From: the human T2T-CHM13v2.0 reference genome, Homo sapiens
NCBI RefSeq assembly: GCF_009914755.1
Contig: NC_060937.1
Direction: 5' to 3' (one strand)
DNA: 64,000 nt
This document shows, piece after piece, positions 29,581 to 42,395 of the stretch (position 1 is the stretch's first letter; every line of letters begins with the position of its first letter). Under the pieces are notes generated by a model. The model did no database searches, had not been told where the DNA came from, and saw only the letters and a program-made list of their open reading frames with translations. The translations under genes and the position numbers were made by a program.

Positions 29581-30889
29581 TATATAAAGTGCTCCTATAA
29601 ATCAATAAGAACAATCTCCCCAGTCCCACAAAGTGAACAACACCATGAAAAGGCCACTCAATAAATGCGTGAAAATATGGTTATCTTAACTAATTATTCA
29701 AAAATGTAAGCTAAGCCGATGAAAGATGTTTTTATAGAACTGTGGCAAAGATTTTAAAGATAGGTAATATTCTGTGTTAACAAGATGTGGAGGATGTAAA
29801 ATTTAAATTTGTAAGGTCAATTTTTTATGGGCTACCAATGTTCTTTTGATCTAGAAAATCTACTCGTAGGAATTTTTCCTATTAAAATTATTGTACAATT
29901 CTGTAAATATATAGTTTTTTAAAAGCTTGCCACATTTTTATTAAGGTAAAAAATAAACTATGCTTATCTTATTTTGTATATGGGGATAAAATACAGGCAA
30001 TAATACATAGCTCAAGATAGGGCTTTTTTTGTGGTACATAGGAAGAAAAACCTTGCCTCTGGTTATCTCTGGAAGGTGAAGTTGCACGATAATTTGTTTC
30101 CTATTTTTTAGGTAATTTTGTTATGTTTGAAATCTGACAATAATATCTAACATTCAATAATCAGTAGGAAAATATAAAAGGTATAATTATACTATTTAAA
30201 AGAATTTGTGAACCAGTATTCTCAGCTCTAAAGTCTTCTCCACAGAGGGTCTATTAGTCTTTTTGTAATTTTTAAAATCCTCCTGAGTTCGATGTGTTGG
30301 TATTTCTTTCAGGTTGTTTTATTTTATGTTCATAAGTAGCATTACTCTGCAGATTTTCTTTTTTCTTGTGCTAGTTTGAGTTAATACAGCTATATTGGTC
30401 TCATAAAATCAGCTCCTATCCAATCATGCCCCGTGCTGTGCTTGACGTATAATCCGATGGCTTGAAATCCTTTTGTGAAAAGCGTCATCTTTTTTCATGC
30501 CTCTGTGACTTTGTTCATGATCTTCTCTCTGCCAGGCAGGCCCTTTGCTGTCTTCTTTCCTTTTTAAGTTTCAAATTATCTTGTGAGACACAGGTTAAAT
30601 GTGTTCTCTTGTATGAAGTCTTCTCTACCTTCCCCCAGGAGATTTCTTTTTCCTCTGATCCTCATTATATAAATAATGTTATCACCAATAGCATTCATCA
30701 CATTGTAGTGTAATTATTTTCCTGCATGTTTGTCTCCCTGGTCTAAAGAGAGACGCTCTCTTTCATATTTGTGTGTCTAGCCCCTGGGTGCAATGTCTGG
30801 TTCATCACAGCTTCTCGATCTCAACAGATATCATTTGAATAATACAAAGATACCCAGGATCACCTGAGAGTTTATGAGTTAAAAGTAAA

Positions 30890-31128
30890 AGTTCACTATT
30901 TCCTTGCTCAGCCCTTGAATGATTATTTAATTTTCCAGACTGATAAGGTCAGCAGTTACTGTATTATAACGAGGAGTGTCATCTCTCTTCAGCCCTCCTG
31001 TGCCAAGAGACCCAAAGAGGTTTTACTGTTCCTGATGGGACATGTTAAAATGTCCTTCACCTTTCACTTCTTCCTTGCTACGTTCACTCTTGCTGTTCCT
31101 GGCTATTTATTCCTCTAGTTGCCCTTTT
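30890..31128 (-). pseudogene. Pseudo-exon (3' boundary uncertain)
   Basis: tgttttgcctacag|, phase 2: KGQLEE*IARNSKSERSKEEVKGEGHFNMSHQEQ*NLFGSLGTGGLKRDDTPRYNTVTADLISLEN. Confidence 0.55.
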
Positions 31129-31215
31129 CTGTAGGCAAAACAGTTCATTATTCTAGGTTTCCAAACTCAATCTCACTGTGCACGTCTCCACTCGTTCCTC
31201 AGAAGCAAACCCTAC

Positions 31216-31442
31216 TCATATTTAATCAAGAAGCAATAAATATATAAGGCACAATGTGTATTATGAAAATTGTCATAATTAATATGGGATCTGAGAAAGA
31301 TCCTAGTTTTTCCTATTGAATGTTTTTGTTTCTTAACACCTTCATGGATTTTTATTGGTTGTCTTTTTTTTTTTTTTTTTTTTTTTTTTTGCATTTCTGT
31401 ATCATTTGTCTCATTCTTGACTTCATCCTTCCACATTTCAAC
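31216..31442 (-). pseudogene. Pseudo-exon, 227 bp, containing an A27 tract
   Basis: ctaattttcag| ... tga|gtaggg. Open phase 0->2: VEMWKDEVKNETNDTEMQ(K8)RQPIKIHEGVKKQKHSIGKTRIFLRSHINYDNFHNTHCALYIYCFLIKY. Confidence 0.6.
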
Positions 31443-31578
31443 CTGAAAATTAGGATTCCTAGCCTGAACCTGAACTGAAATGTAAATATATCTGGGCTCT
31501 TCAGAGGTACCTCTGTTGCTTATGTGTCTACTAAATAAGAATAAAGAGTGGTTTTGTTACTCATCTAAGGAAAATTAC

Positions 31579-31885
31579 TCATCTAAAGAAAATTTCCTGT
31601 AGAGAGAATCATAATATGGGATTGAATATTTTTGTACGGACAAACCTAGGGATTAACCTGTCATCTTCTGGAGAGAAAAACCTTTGGCAGAAGAAAATGT
31701 TTTTATATGGATCTATGTGAGACACAAGGGCTACATAAAAGCTGCTTTGCACCTGGGACACCACACAGCGTGGCGTGGGCAGCAGCGGCCTCTGGAAGTG
31801 AAGCACCTCTTTGGCACCTCCTGTGTTTGCTGCATTGAGAGTGCCAGGAGCCAGCAGCCTTGGCATAAACATTACCTCCAAACAT
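31579..31885 (-). pseudogene. Pseudo-exon, ~307 bp
   Basis: Contains ORF 31609-31881 (…SFYVALVSHIDPYKNIFFCQRFFSPEDDRLIPRFVRTKIFNPIL). Donor |gtaatt in phase 0, lying in an 18-bp tandem duplication. Confidence 0.55.
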
Positions 31886-31924
31886 CTTTATATTTATTCG
31901 TTAAAAGATGATGCTTAGGACAGC

Positions 31925-32838
31925 CATAAGAAGTACTATATGATCCAGCAATACCAGTTCTGGGTTTATATCCAAGGGAAATAAAATCACTGTTTGAAGA
32001 GATATCCATACTCTCATGTTCATTGCAACATTAGTCACAATAGCCAAGATATGGAAACAAACTATCCTTTTTATATACATATATGTACACACATATATAT
32101 TATATATATATCCTATTTTATATATATACAAACCACATTTTCTTTATCCATTCAAATGCCAGTGGAAACAGATTTAAAATATGATTTGTGTGCCTATATA
32201 AATATTCTTTTGTGTATACATATATACATACACACACACGTGTGTGTGTGTGTGTGTGTGTGTATATGTATATACACAAAATAATATTATTTACCCTTAC
32301 AAAAGAAGGAAATTCTGCCATTTGCAACAACATAGATGAACATGGAGGACGTTATGCCAAGAGAAATAAGCCAGAAAACATGAATGTCATATCTAATGCA
32401 GAAAGACAAATACTGCATGATCTCACTTATACAGGAAATCTGAAAAACAAGTTGAACTCAATACAAAGAGGAGTATGGTGGTTACCAGATGCTGGGTGTT
32501 GTAGGAAAAGGGAAGATATTGGTCAAAGGATGTAAACCCTCAGTTATAAGATGAATAAGTACTAGAGCCCTAATGTACAGCAGGATGATTGCAGTTAATA
32601 ATCATGTCCTTATTTGAAATTTGAAAATTCACTTGAAATTTGCTGAAAGAGTAAATCTCAAATGTTCTCACCACACATACACAAAAATGTTAATGATGTA
32701 AGGTGGTAGATACATTAATCAGCTTGGTTGTAGTAATTATTTCACAATGTATACATATATCACAACATCATATTGTGCACCCTAAATATACGCAGTTTTC
32801 GTTTGTCAATCTTACCTCAATGAAGCTGGAAAAAATAA
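31925..32838 (+). mobile_element. L1MA10/L1MB-type 3' fragment with internal inversion and (TA/CA/TG) microsatellites
   Basis: tatgatccagcaatacc...aatagccaagatatggaaac...tctgccatttgcaacaacat...tacctcaatgaagctgg. Confidence 0.88.
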
Positions 32839-33860
32839 TGCCTATTCATTGTGAAAATAATACAAAATACAAAAAAGCATAAGAAAATAGCAGTCTCTCA
32901 CAATTCCATGACACAGATATAGCTAAATACTGATGTCATTATTTTAATTTTATATATAGATTTTGCTTACCTTTCCATTGAATATTACAGAACCACTTTT
33001 TCGAGATTTACTCCAAGCCTTACCCTCTTTATAAAGTTTTTCCTTAGTGTCTCCCCACCTCCACCCCAGGTAGCATGACTATGACTATCTTGTCCTTCAA
33101 TTGCTCTCAGTACATTCTTCTATCAAAAACTACATAATAATTTAGTTAACCTACTGGTATATGTGTATGTCTTCCTTTTATATATTCGAAGCACTTTCAA
33201 TACAAATACATAGACCAGTGTCTGGTTCATATTAAAATTTTATTAAGTTAGTTGAATACGTGAATAAATAATCTTAATTATTTTAATCACAGGATAAATA
33301 TCTCTTTTAAATACTATATTAATAGCTTGATGATATTCTATCATATGGGTGCAACATAAGTAAATTATTGTTCTCTATTGTTGGAATACTGGTATTATAT
33401 AAAATTATTATTATAAATAACATTGGCAGGATACATTTCTGTGTGAAAGTTTACATTTTACTACCAGTACATGAGGAATTACTGGATTAAAAGGCATAAA
33501 TATTATCCATGACAGAATTGTTATTCAAAAAGTCTGTATAAATTTATATGTCCAGCAATGCAAGAGCTTCAATTTTGCCTCATCCTGGCCAACACTGAGT
33601 TTTATATATTTAAATGGATATGCAAGATGTTTTTCTTTACACATATGCATGTTAATTTAATTAAAATGTAATATATATAACATATTCATATATTATTTAA
33701 TCACATACACATATGTAGTAAGAAAAACCAATGTGTCACTTAAAATTTCATTTTAGACTGCATTTTTGAGCCACCAAATCTTACAAACTAATTTTCTTTT
33801 ACAAATCATATGAAGTTTGAAGGTGGCATCATTAAGCACAATCAAATCATAGATGTGCAG

Positions 33861-34214
33861 TGTATTAGTCTGTTCTCAGGCTGCTAATAAAGGCATACCT
33901 GAGACTAAATAATTTATAAAGGAAAGAGGTTTAATTGACTCACAGTTTCACATGGCTGGGAGGCCTCACAGTCACGGCAGAAGGCAAAGGATGAGCAAAG
34001 TCACATCTTGCATAATGTTAGGCAAAAGAGCTTGTGCAGGGGAATTACCATGTATGAAACCATCAGATCTCGTGGGACTTATTCACTGCCTGGAGAACAT
34101 TATGGGGGAAACTACTCCCATGATTCAATTATGCCCACCTGGCCCCACCCTTGACACAAGGGGATTATACAATTTAAGGTGAGATTTGGGTGGGGACACA
34201 GCCAAACCACAACA
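33861..34214 (-). mobile_element. THE1B/C-like MaLR solo LTR
   Basis: tgtattagtctgttctc...gagatttgggtggggacacagccaaacca. Confidence 0.92.
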
Positions 34215-34445
34215 GTATGTGTGTTTGTGTGTTAGTATAAATCATACTATAAAGAATATTGTTGAATTCCTGATATGTACAAATACGAACATTATGACTA
34301 AGAAACTAGATAGAGCCAAAATACAATTGCGTTGTATATTGCAATCCAATGAACATGACACCTGTTTCTTTCTTGCTTCTCTCTAGGCCGTGTAGTGAAC
34401 TACGAAGTACAACTTCCCTTACTTCTACTTCTATAATATATTTAC

Positions 34446-34999
34446 CTGTGTTTGGTCATTTTGTTTTTCTCAAGTCTGCTTTGGTAAGTTATTACAATTT
34501 GATGGCTCTTTAGAGTTTCTAAAGCATATTTTCTCCCTGCTGTTTAGAGAATATTCATTTTTTTCTTCCTGTTTGATTACTGTGGTGGAACTGTTGTATT
34601 TGGAAAAGCAATGGTTTAAATTTAATTTTGTTTTATTTTAGTTAGCAAAAATGAAACAATTTCAACATAACATTGGGCCTTAGTCTTTTTATTAAAAGTT
34701 GTGGATTGTCATTAACTGACAAATATTCTGCTGCCAAGATCTTGCAAGTATTATATTTGTTGTCTGATGCCAAACATCCTCTTTAAATGCTAATGAACAA
34801 AGTATGGCATGCATTCTGTTCTTGATAGATTATGCCTATACCTTCTGTGGTCAACAGAAGGGGAATTCCCGGCCCATATGATTTCCATTCTGGCACACTC
34901 ATCTCCTTAGTACTTACAAGTCAGTTAGCATTTAGATGTACTACTCAATCTTATACTTAGATTGAACAAAACAGCCACAGCTTAGCTGCTTCCACTAAA
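34446..34999 (-). pseudogene. Cluster of three pseudo-exons (34918-34999, 34672-34780, ~34446-34600)
   Basis: cttcttcaag|...ctt|gtaagt; catttaaag| open GCLASDNKYNTCKILAAEYLSVNDNPQLLIKRLRPN; YNSSTTVIKQEEKNEYSLNSREKICF...QNDQTQ with cag|gtaaat. Confidence 0.55.
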
Positions 35000-35601
35000 C
35001 TTGAAGAAGCAATTATGTGAGGCTATTTTTTCCTTACATTCTCCCACCCAACCCAAGTGAATATATGAAACATTCAATTTTACATCTAAACTTCTTTTTG
35101 CTAAACCTAAGTAATCGAACTACAGAAAGCCTTGAACACACTGACTAGTTTGGCCTTTCCTCCACAGGCATTTTGAAGCCATCAGAGAGTTTCTAGATAA
35201 TGACGAAACCTGATTTGGTGAAAGATTTGGCAGAAAGGAGGATAGTGAAGGTCATGATGCAAAAGCAATGCTAGGCTTTTGCAATAGTCCTGGCCTGTAC
35301 TAAAATAGTATGATATTGACACATTAACAATGAAAGGGTTTGGGGAAGGTGTAATGAGGCAACAGAGTGGCCCATGGGCTTCAAGGCCAGCCTATTTTGA
35401 GTTTGAGTCAAGGCTTCGCCCCATATAGCTGTGTTGATGTTATGATTAAACCTCTTGAATTCCCTGTTTTATCAAGTTTATCACCTGTCAAATGGTTGTA
35501 ATGATAGGACTTAAGATTCAAAATTGTTATAAAGTTACATGAGATAATGAACTAAAACCTGGAACATAGTACCTGGCTAGCATGTGGTATATGTTGAAAA
35601 T

Positions 35602-36680
35602 GTGTATTTGTTTCCTGTTGCTGGATAACAAATTACCACTAATTTAGCAGCTAACCAACAACACACTTAAAAAAAATCTTACTGTGTTTTTACATCAGAG
35701 GTACAGATTCAGCTGCACAAGACTTCTGTTCAAGCTGTCAGCCAGACTGCATTCCTTCCTGGAACTCAGGATCCTCCTCCAAGCTCACTCGGTTGTTGGC
35801 AGATTCAGTTCCTTGCATTTTAAAATTGAAGCCCCCACTTTTTCTTTTATGACTGTCAGTGGGGGCCACTCAGCCACTAGGAGCCATCCACAGTTCTTCA
35901 ACAAGTGACCGTTTCACAGGTCCTCTCTCATCACAGCAGCTTACTTCCTCAAGGATGGCAGAGGGACAGAGTCATATATAATGTGAGGTAATGAAGGGAA
36001 TGACTCTCTCATTGCCTTTGGCACATTCAGTGGATTGGAAGCAAGTTCTAGGGCTTGTAGTTCCACGTGCAAGAGGAGTGGATTATACAAGGGTGTAGGC
36101 CACTGGCATCATCTTAGAGTTCTCCGTATCTCAATATATGTGTTAGCTCTTGTGTTAGTCAAATATTCTTTTTGTTACAAGACAGAGAAACTCAACTGGA
36201 ACTAGGTTAAGCAAAGTAACATTTCAAAAGGGAAGATTCAGTGGAAGTTTTCTGGGATTGCTCACAGAATCCAAGAATGGGCTGCAGGTATCAGGGTAGC
36301 ATTAATGACTCTGGGAATCTGAACGAGGAGTCACTGTATCTCAGGAGACATGATGTCTTGATGCATCAGGAGATTCAGTTTCCTCATGTGCTGGCTTTGT
36401 CTGTTGGATTTACCCTCTTAAGCTTCTCCCTGAAACCTGGGAATATCCTGCTTAAAAGCTCATAACCTTGAACCTTCTCTGTGAGGTGACAGATATCCCC
36501 CCAGAACCTCCAGGAGAGACATGTTTCAAAAGGACTATCATTGGCTTGTGGTAGATCATGTAAATACTCAAAGACCAATAACTCTGGCCAGGTAGATGGG
36601 GTATCATGATTGACTTAGCCAAGGGAGCATATCCTCCCTTGTGTTTGGAGGGAAATACATCAATTCCCAGAAAGTGGTGA
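35602..36680 (-). mobile_element. Two adjacent old MLT1-family MaLR LTR relics (~35602-36130, ~36150-36680)
   Basis: tgtatttgtttcctgttgctggataacaaattaccac... and gttacaagacagagaaactcaact... resemble antisense MLT1 termini. Confidence 0.65.
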
Positions 36681-37107
36681 GGCTAGAAACAGAGCAAGAC
36701 AGATAAAAGCTTCATAGAGTGATTTTCCCCCAATAAAATATCATAAGTATTTTAAAACAAAAGTCATATTAAGCACTCATATAACTACTTCCTAAATTCA
36801 ATAAATATATATTATTTTGCCATGTTTGCTTTACCATATGTCTGTCAATCCATTTTGTTTTTTATCCATTTCAAATATGTTGCAGATGTAGGATATATCA
36901 CCCTAAACTCTTCAGTATGGTTATCATTAATTAGAGTCCGGTAGATTGAATTTGAAGTTAAAGGTCAAAGCATAACTAGTCTATTGGATAAACCTAAAAG
37001 TATAAGCTTTACTAGATAGTTATTTCTAATTAACTTGGTTACCATTTTCCTAAATCTAGGTGACAAGAGATAATGGCTTTCTTTGACATTTTATGAAAAT
37101 GGAGAAT

Positions 37108-37269
37108 TTGGTGGTGCATGCTTGTAGTTCCAGCTACTCAGGAGGATGAGACAGGAGAATTCCTTGAGCCCAGGAGGCAGAGGTTGCAGCGAGCTGAGAG
37201 CACACCACTGTACTCCAGCCTAGGTGACAAAGCAAGACCCTGTCTCAAAAAACAAAACAAAACAAAAAA
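37108..37269 (+). mobile_element. Alu right monomer (AluJ/FRAM-like)
   Basis: ggtggtgcatgcttgtagttccagctactc...gagcccaggagg...gaccctgtctcaaaa. Confidence 0.88.
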
Positions 37270-37669
37270 GGGAAATGGAGAATTTCTTTGAATACAGCTA
37301 ATATGTTCAAATAATATTAGGAACAAAGGGATGAACAATATAGTAAATCCTCACTATTCACTGAAGTTATAGTACTATTCACTAATTTCTCCAAGTTAGA
37401 ATGCTTAGAGTCATGTCTGTCTCCCTAACCCCTATTATCCAATTGGTTAATGGCCAGCCAGCTTCTTTCTATACACATCCGCCTACTTCCCCACTGTCTT
37501 CCTCTTTTCCAACTCTGTTGCTTTCCAATCCTCACCTTGCTCTGACAATAACTTCAAAAATTCTCTCCCTGATTTGGGTAACTCCTTTCAATAAACTAAT
37601 CTTTACAATGCCACTGGAATTATCCCTCTAAATACAGATCTGATTTTGTGAATCCCTAAAACTTGATAC

Positions 37670-37865
37670 TTCTCTTTTTCCTGTAGAAGAAAATCCAACA
37701 TGTAGACATGGTGGACAAAGTTTACTAAAAACTGGGTATTTTGTAAGTGTTCTTGCCAATATCCTAAATAACTGTAGAGAATATTTGTGCCATTTACATT
37801 TTGACCGGATGGATTGGATGCTTCAAATATCTGTTGATCTAGATTGTTTCCAATTAACAAATGTC
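37670..37865 (-). pseudogene. Candidate pseudo-exon hit by the L1PA3 insertion
   Basis: Open frame [64 protein letters not shown], donor |gtatca. Its 5' part is the duplicated target site. Confidence 0.45.
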
Positions 37866-39380
37866 TTCTACAAAATGGGAGAAAGTTTTCGCAACCTACC
37901 CATCTGACAAAGGGCTAATATCCAGAATCTACAATGAACTCAAAACAAATTTACAAGAAAAAAACAAACAACCCCATCAAAAAGTGGGCAAAGGATATGA
38001 ACAGACACTTCTCAAAAGAAGATATTTATGCAGCCGAAAAACACATGAAAAAATGCTCACCTTCACTGGCCATCAGAGAAATGCAAATCAAAACCACAAT
38101 GAGATACCATCTCACACCAGTTAGAATGGCAATCATTAAAAAGTCAGGAAACAACAGGTGCTGGAGAGGATGTGGAGAAATAGGAACACTTTTACACTGT
38201 TGGTGGGACTGTAAACTAGTTCAACCATTGTGGAAGTCAGTGTGGCGATTCCTCAGGGATCTAGAACTAGAAATACCACTTGACCCAGCCATCCCATTAC
38301 TGGGTATATACTCAAAGGACTATAAATCATGCTGCTATAAAGACACATGCACACGTAATTGCGGCACTATTCACAATAGCAAAGACTTGGAACCAACCCA
38401 ATGATATCCAACCAACAATGATAGACTGGATTAAGAAAATGTGTCACATATACACCATGGACTACTATGCAGCCATAAAAAATGATGAGTTCATGTCCTT
38501 TGTAGGGACATGGATGAAATTGGAAATCATCATCCTCAGTAAACTATCGCAAGGACAAAAAACCAAACACTGCATGTTCTCACTCATAGTTGGGAATTGA
38601 ACAATGAGAACACATGGACATAGGAAGGGGAACATCACATTCTGGGGACTGTTGTGGGGTGGGGGGAGGGGGGAGGGATAGCTTTAGGAGATATACCTAA
38701 TGCTAAACGATGAGTTAATGGGTGCAGCACACCAGCATGGAACATGTATACATATGTAACTAACCTGCACATTGTGCACATGTACTCTAAAAGTATAATA
38801 ATAATAAAATAAAATAAAAAAATGTTCTAACTGGAGGACTGAAGTCACTAAAGACTATTCCTCGATAATTTGAGATAGATTTCAAATTATTTTGATTATC
38901 CTTATTAAGTTTTAGGAGCTTAAAATTTAATCAATAATAATAAAGTTTAATTTTTATAGTCTCAGAGTGCTTGGCTGCTTATGTAGTAATCTGAGGGTCA
39001 TCTCTTCATTAGGCCTTTTGGGAGATGCTATTTATTCATGCCAGCCTGAAATTTCATGCTCTGCTTTGAGATGAAAAGAAGCAATTCCAAGAGTTTTTGA
39101 CCAAAAGCAACACAAATTCAAGTTATAAAATACCCTTGACATGTTCACTGTTGAGCACCTTGCACCAAATGTCAAGGAATTATCGATACTAATTTACTTC
39201 CTTTGCCTTTCTAATGACTATGTTTGTGGAGAATTTTGATTAAAATGTGGCTACCTGTGGCCATTTTGCTGGAAAGGGGTTTTTCAATAACCTTTGATTA
39301 TTCTTTCATGTGACTTCAAGGAAGAGATATTTATGAATTGGGCAATTAAAGTAAAATTTAACATTAAGAAAAAAAAAACA
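37866..39380 (+). mobile_element. 5'-truncated L1PA3-like element (37868-38822) plus ~545-bp 3'-transduced sequence and a second poly(A)
   Basis: L1 ORF2 end/3'UTR, then unique DNA with attaaa (~39345) and an A-tail (~39366-39378). All of it lies within a 42-bp direct repeat at 37824-37865 and 39381-39422. Confidence 0.93.
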
Positions 39381-39650
39381 CAAATATCTGTTAATCTAGA
39401 TTGTTTCCAATTAACAAATGTCCTGAGTTGGCCCTGAGGTGCTCTGGCTCAGGCTGATGTCACCACACATCTTTGAGTGTTGTTATGGAATGATGCTCAT
39501 ATGGGCAAAGAATAAACATTTATTGTGTTAAGTCACTCCAGTGGGATTTGTTTGTTACAGCATCTAACATACTATAGATGGTACATGGTGCCAAAGGGCA
39601 ATATGACTATTCGGCCTGCAATATTTTTATGAAATGTGCCCAAGACTCAC

Positions 39651-39771
39651 ATTGGGACTGAAGGTGTTTCATAAGGGACCTGTACTATTTGATCCAGAAC
39701 AGTAAAAAGGCCAATCGATCAACAAATAATAATAGAAAATTTATCCCTATTGGAATTCTATTCCCTTCCAC
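39651..39771 (-). pseudogene. Pseudo-exon, 121 bp
   Basis: ttatttactatctatag| ... aat|gtgagt. Phase-0 frame VEGNRIPIGINFLLLFVDRLAFLLFWIK*YRSLMKHLQSQ. Confidence 0.6.
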
Positions 39772-41289
39772 CTATAGATAGTAAATAAGCCATTGTAAAA
39801 TATTATACAAAAGAAGGAATACTTCTTTTGTTTTATTAAGCTTAATTCTGTACTTATACACTGGAATACCCTAATTGAGAGAGGTTCTATTAAATTCTCA
39901 CTATTTGATAGCTTACATTTTATTTAGCTACAAGTAAATGCATTTAGTTTTAACCAAGTAACAGGCCTGCTTTACAATTTTAAAACGAATTCTGAATTTT
40001 GCATCAAATGGAAACTTGAATTAGCATAGGTTTAATGATACATTGTTTTTGGTTTTTATAAGCCAAATATTTTTACTTTTCAATGTTTTTGGTCTTCATG
40101 AGCATTGCATTTATAGACTTATTTTTAAACAAAGTTAAAATCCACTACATGGTGAAGATTATTTATAATATATTATGTATAATTTCTAAAGTATTTTAGT
40201 AGAATTTTGATAATTTGTAATATCACTTAGGTATCGAAAATAAACTATTTATATGTAATAGAAAATTTTTATATGCCTCCAAAGAATCTGTTATTATAAA
40301 AGCTTTCCCAAGATTCTAATTATCTATCTTTCCTAATACACTATACAATAAAATCCAATTTTCATAATTTCAACTAAAAAATAGCACTTTATTAGTAAAA
40401 CTGAAATGCATTGTTAAGTTCACAAATGAGAGAAAGAACTTATAAAAATGCATGCATAATTTAAAAAAATCAATTGATATAGATTTCTCTGGCAATCAAA
40501 GGTGTAGTATGAATACTTTATTGTCTAAACCTGAAGATGTTGCAACCACTGTTTCCAAGGATGCACCACATTGTCGTGGAAACAGCGTGGGTTTCAAGTC
40601 AGAAAAACCCTGGCCTTGCAACTATACAATTTATGAACTTGGGCAAGTTATTTACCCCTCTAAGCTTGTTTCTATATTAAAAACTGAGTTCATCATCCCT
40701 ACTGGATAAGGCTACTAAGAACATTAAAGTTTCCAATGTGTCACACACATTCATTAGCTTATAGAACAAAAAGTATTAATTTCCTGCCTTTGGTTTCCTC
40801 TAAAGAAATTAAGGGCAGAAGATATTTATCTTGTAAAGGCACTAATGATTGATCATATACCCAGGCAAAATAAATGTACATTTAGAATTCGGTGCATATG
40901 GAAGTCAAACACAAACTCTAGAATGTAGTTTAGCCCCAACAAGTGTGAAAATGCAGAGAAGCTAGAATGACAGAAACATGGTTTCCAGACCTACATCTCT
41001 ACCAGTTAGATTTGTGAGTGTGAGAAAATGAGTGCATTTCACAGGCTCTCAGCTTTTTAAACTATAAAATGATAAAATGAAGGTGCTGAGAATGAGGATC
41101 CTCTTCTAGCACTAAAAATTTTATTTTTCCTTTTTGTTATAAGAAAGTTCTGGAAGTTCTGGGTACTGGAAAAGTTTGAATTTTTTTTTCCTAGAGAATG
41201 ATAGCTTCATATTTTTCTTTTTATGCTTTCTCTTTCAATAGGCTTTTTACTCCAACATGAACTAAATCATAAACAATGCTTCATCTTAC

Positions 41290-41506
41290 CTCACAAATTT
41301 CCTCACCTGTTTGCTCTTCAGGCTCTTTAATTGAATTCCCGATATCTCAAATTCTCTAAAGCATTGCTTTTCCAAACACTTCTACAATGTTCACTGCAAA
41401 GCTATATTTTCAAGACAATAGTACACATTCTGTATGTTTCTTCAATCCATTCCTCTCTATGGAGTTGTTCTCTACAGTTGGCTTGTTAACGTAGACCAAG
41501 TATAAA
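41290..41506 (-). pseudogene. Pseudo-exon, 217 bp, SAM-domain-like segment
   Basis: tgtcttaaaag| ... gag|gtaaga. Phase 1->2: ...GMD*RNIQNVYYCLENIALQ*TL*KCLEKQCFREFEISGIQLKSLKSKQVRKFV. Confidence 0.65.
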
Positions 41507-42212
41507 CTTTTAAGACACAAACCCCTTTATAGGACTCTATATGTATATTGGAAGAAGCAGAGTATTGGATGGTAATAAGTGCATTTATAAGCATTATTTC
41601 TATAGTGAAAAAAAGGTTAGTTTGAAAGTCATTTCTCCATTCAAGAAGAACAATTTTCTCTAGTCTTCTGACTATTTATAGAAAGACCTTTACATGTGCA
41701 AACTAATTAATAAATGGGATCAATTTCAAGGTATTTTTTCTGGTTCATCACCACTTAATCATTCAATTTAAAAAACATTTTAAAGGCCAAGTCTAAAATA
41801 GATTTGCACCCACGCCCCCAGTGTGAATTTTTCATTCTTTACAACATGCAGTAGGTACTGTATAATGACCTTTTCTCTGTTTGGAACAGGGATTAGAATA
41901 ATACATTTGACCCTTTAAAGTCACCTGGGAGAGATGTTAGTCTCCATGTTCAATAAACTGAAATATGTCTCAAGTGTCCCAAGGTTAAGGCCATGACTTT
42001 AAACTATTTAACACAGAGTATCATACTGATTCACTTAGACTCTCAGACTTTTAAAAAAATTATTCAGCTGAATTATATATACTTTATCAGAACAATTTTT
42101 TTCTTCATACAATTAAAGCAAATATTTTACATTGCAAATAAAGCAAGTTAACCTAGATGCATTGTGCATTATAATAAAATTTATAGCTGCATAAATAGCA
42201 GTGTAAACTTAC

Positions 42213-42395
42213 AGAAAGACTAGTAATTATAGTGCCATTGATGGTCTTTGTTGCTTTAATTCTGAGGCAGCCAGAATGATTAAACTGAATCTTAATCGAC
42301 TTCTCCATTAAAAATGCTGGCAGAGGAGCTCCTTTAACCTTTCCCATTGATTGAACACAACAATCACCATTCAATTATAATGCAAAAGGACATTT
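42213..42395 (-). pseudogene. Pseudo-exon (5' boundary uncertain)
   Basis: Donor tct|gtaagt. Open LNGDCCVQSMGKVKGAPLPAFLMEKSIKIQFNHSGCLRIKATKTINGTIITSLS. Confidence 0.6.
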
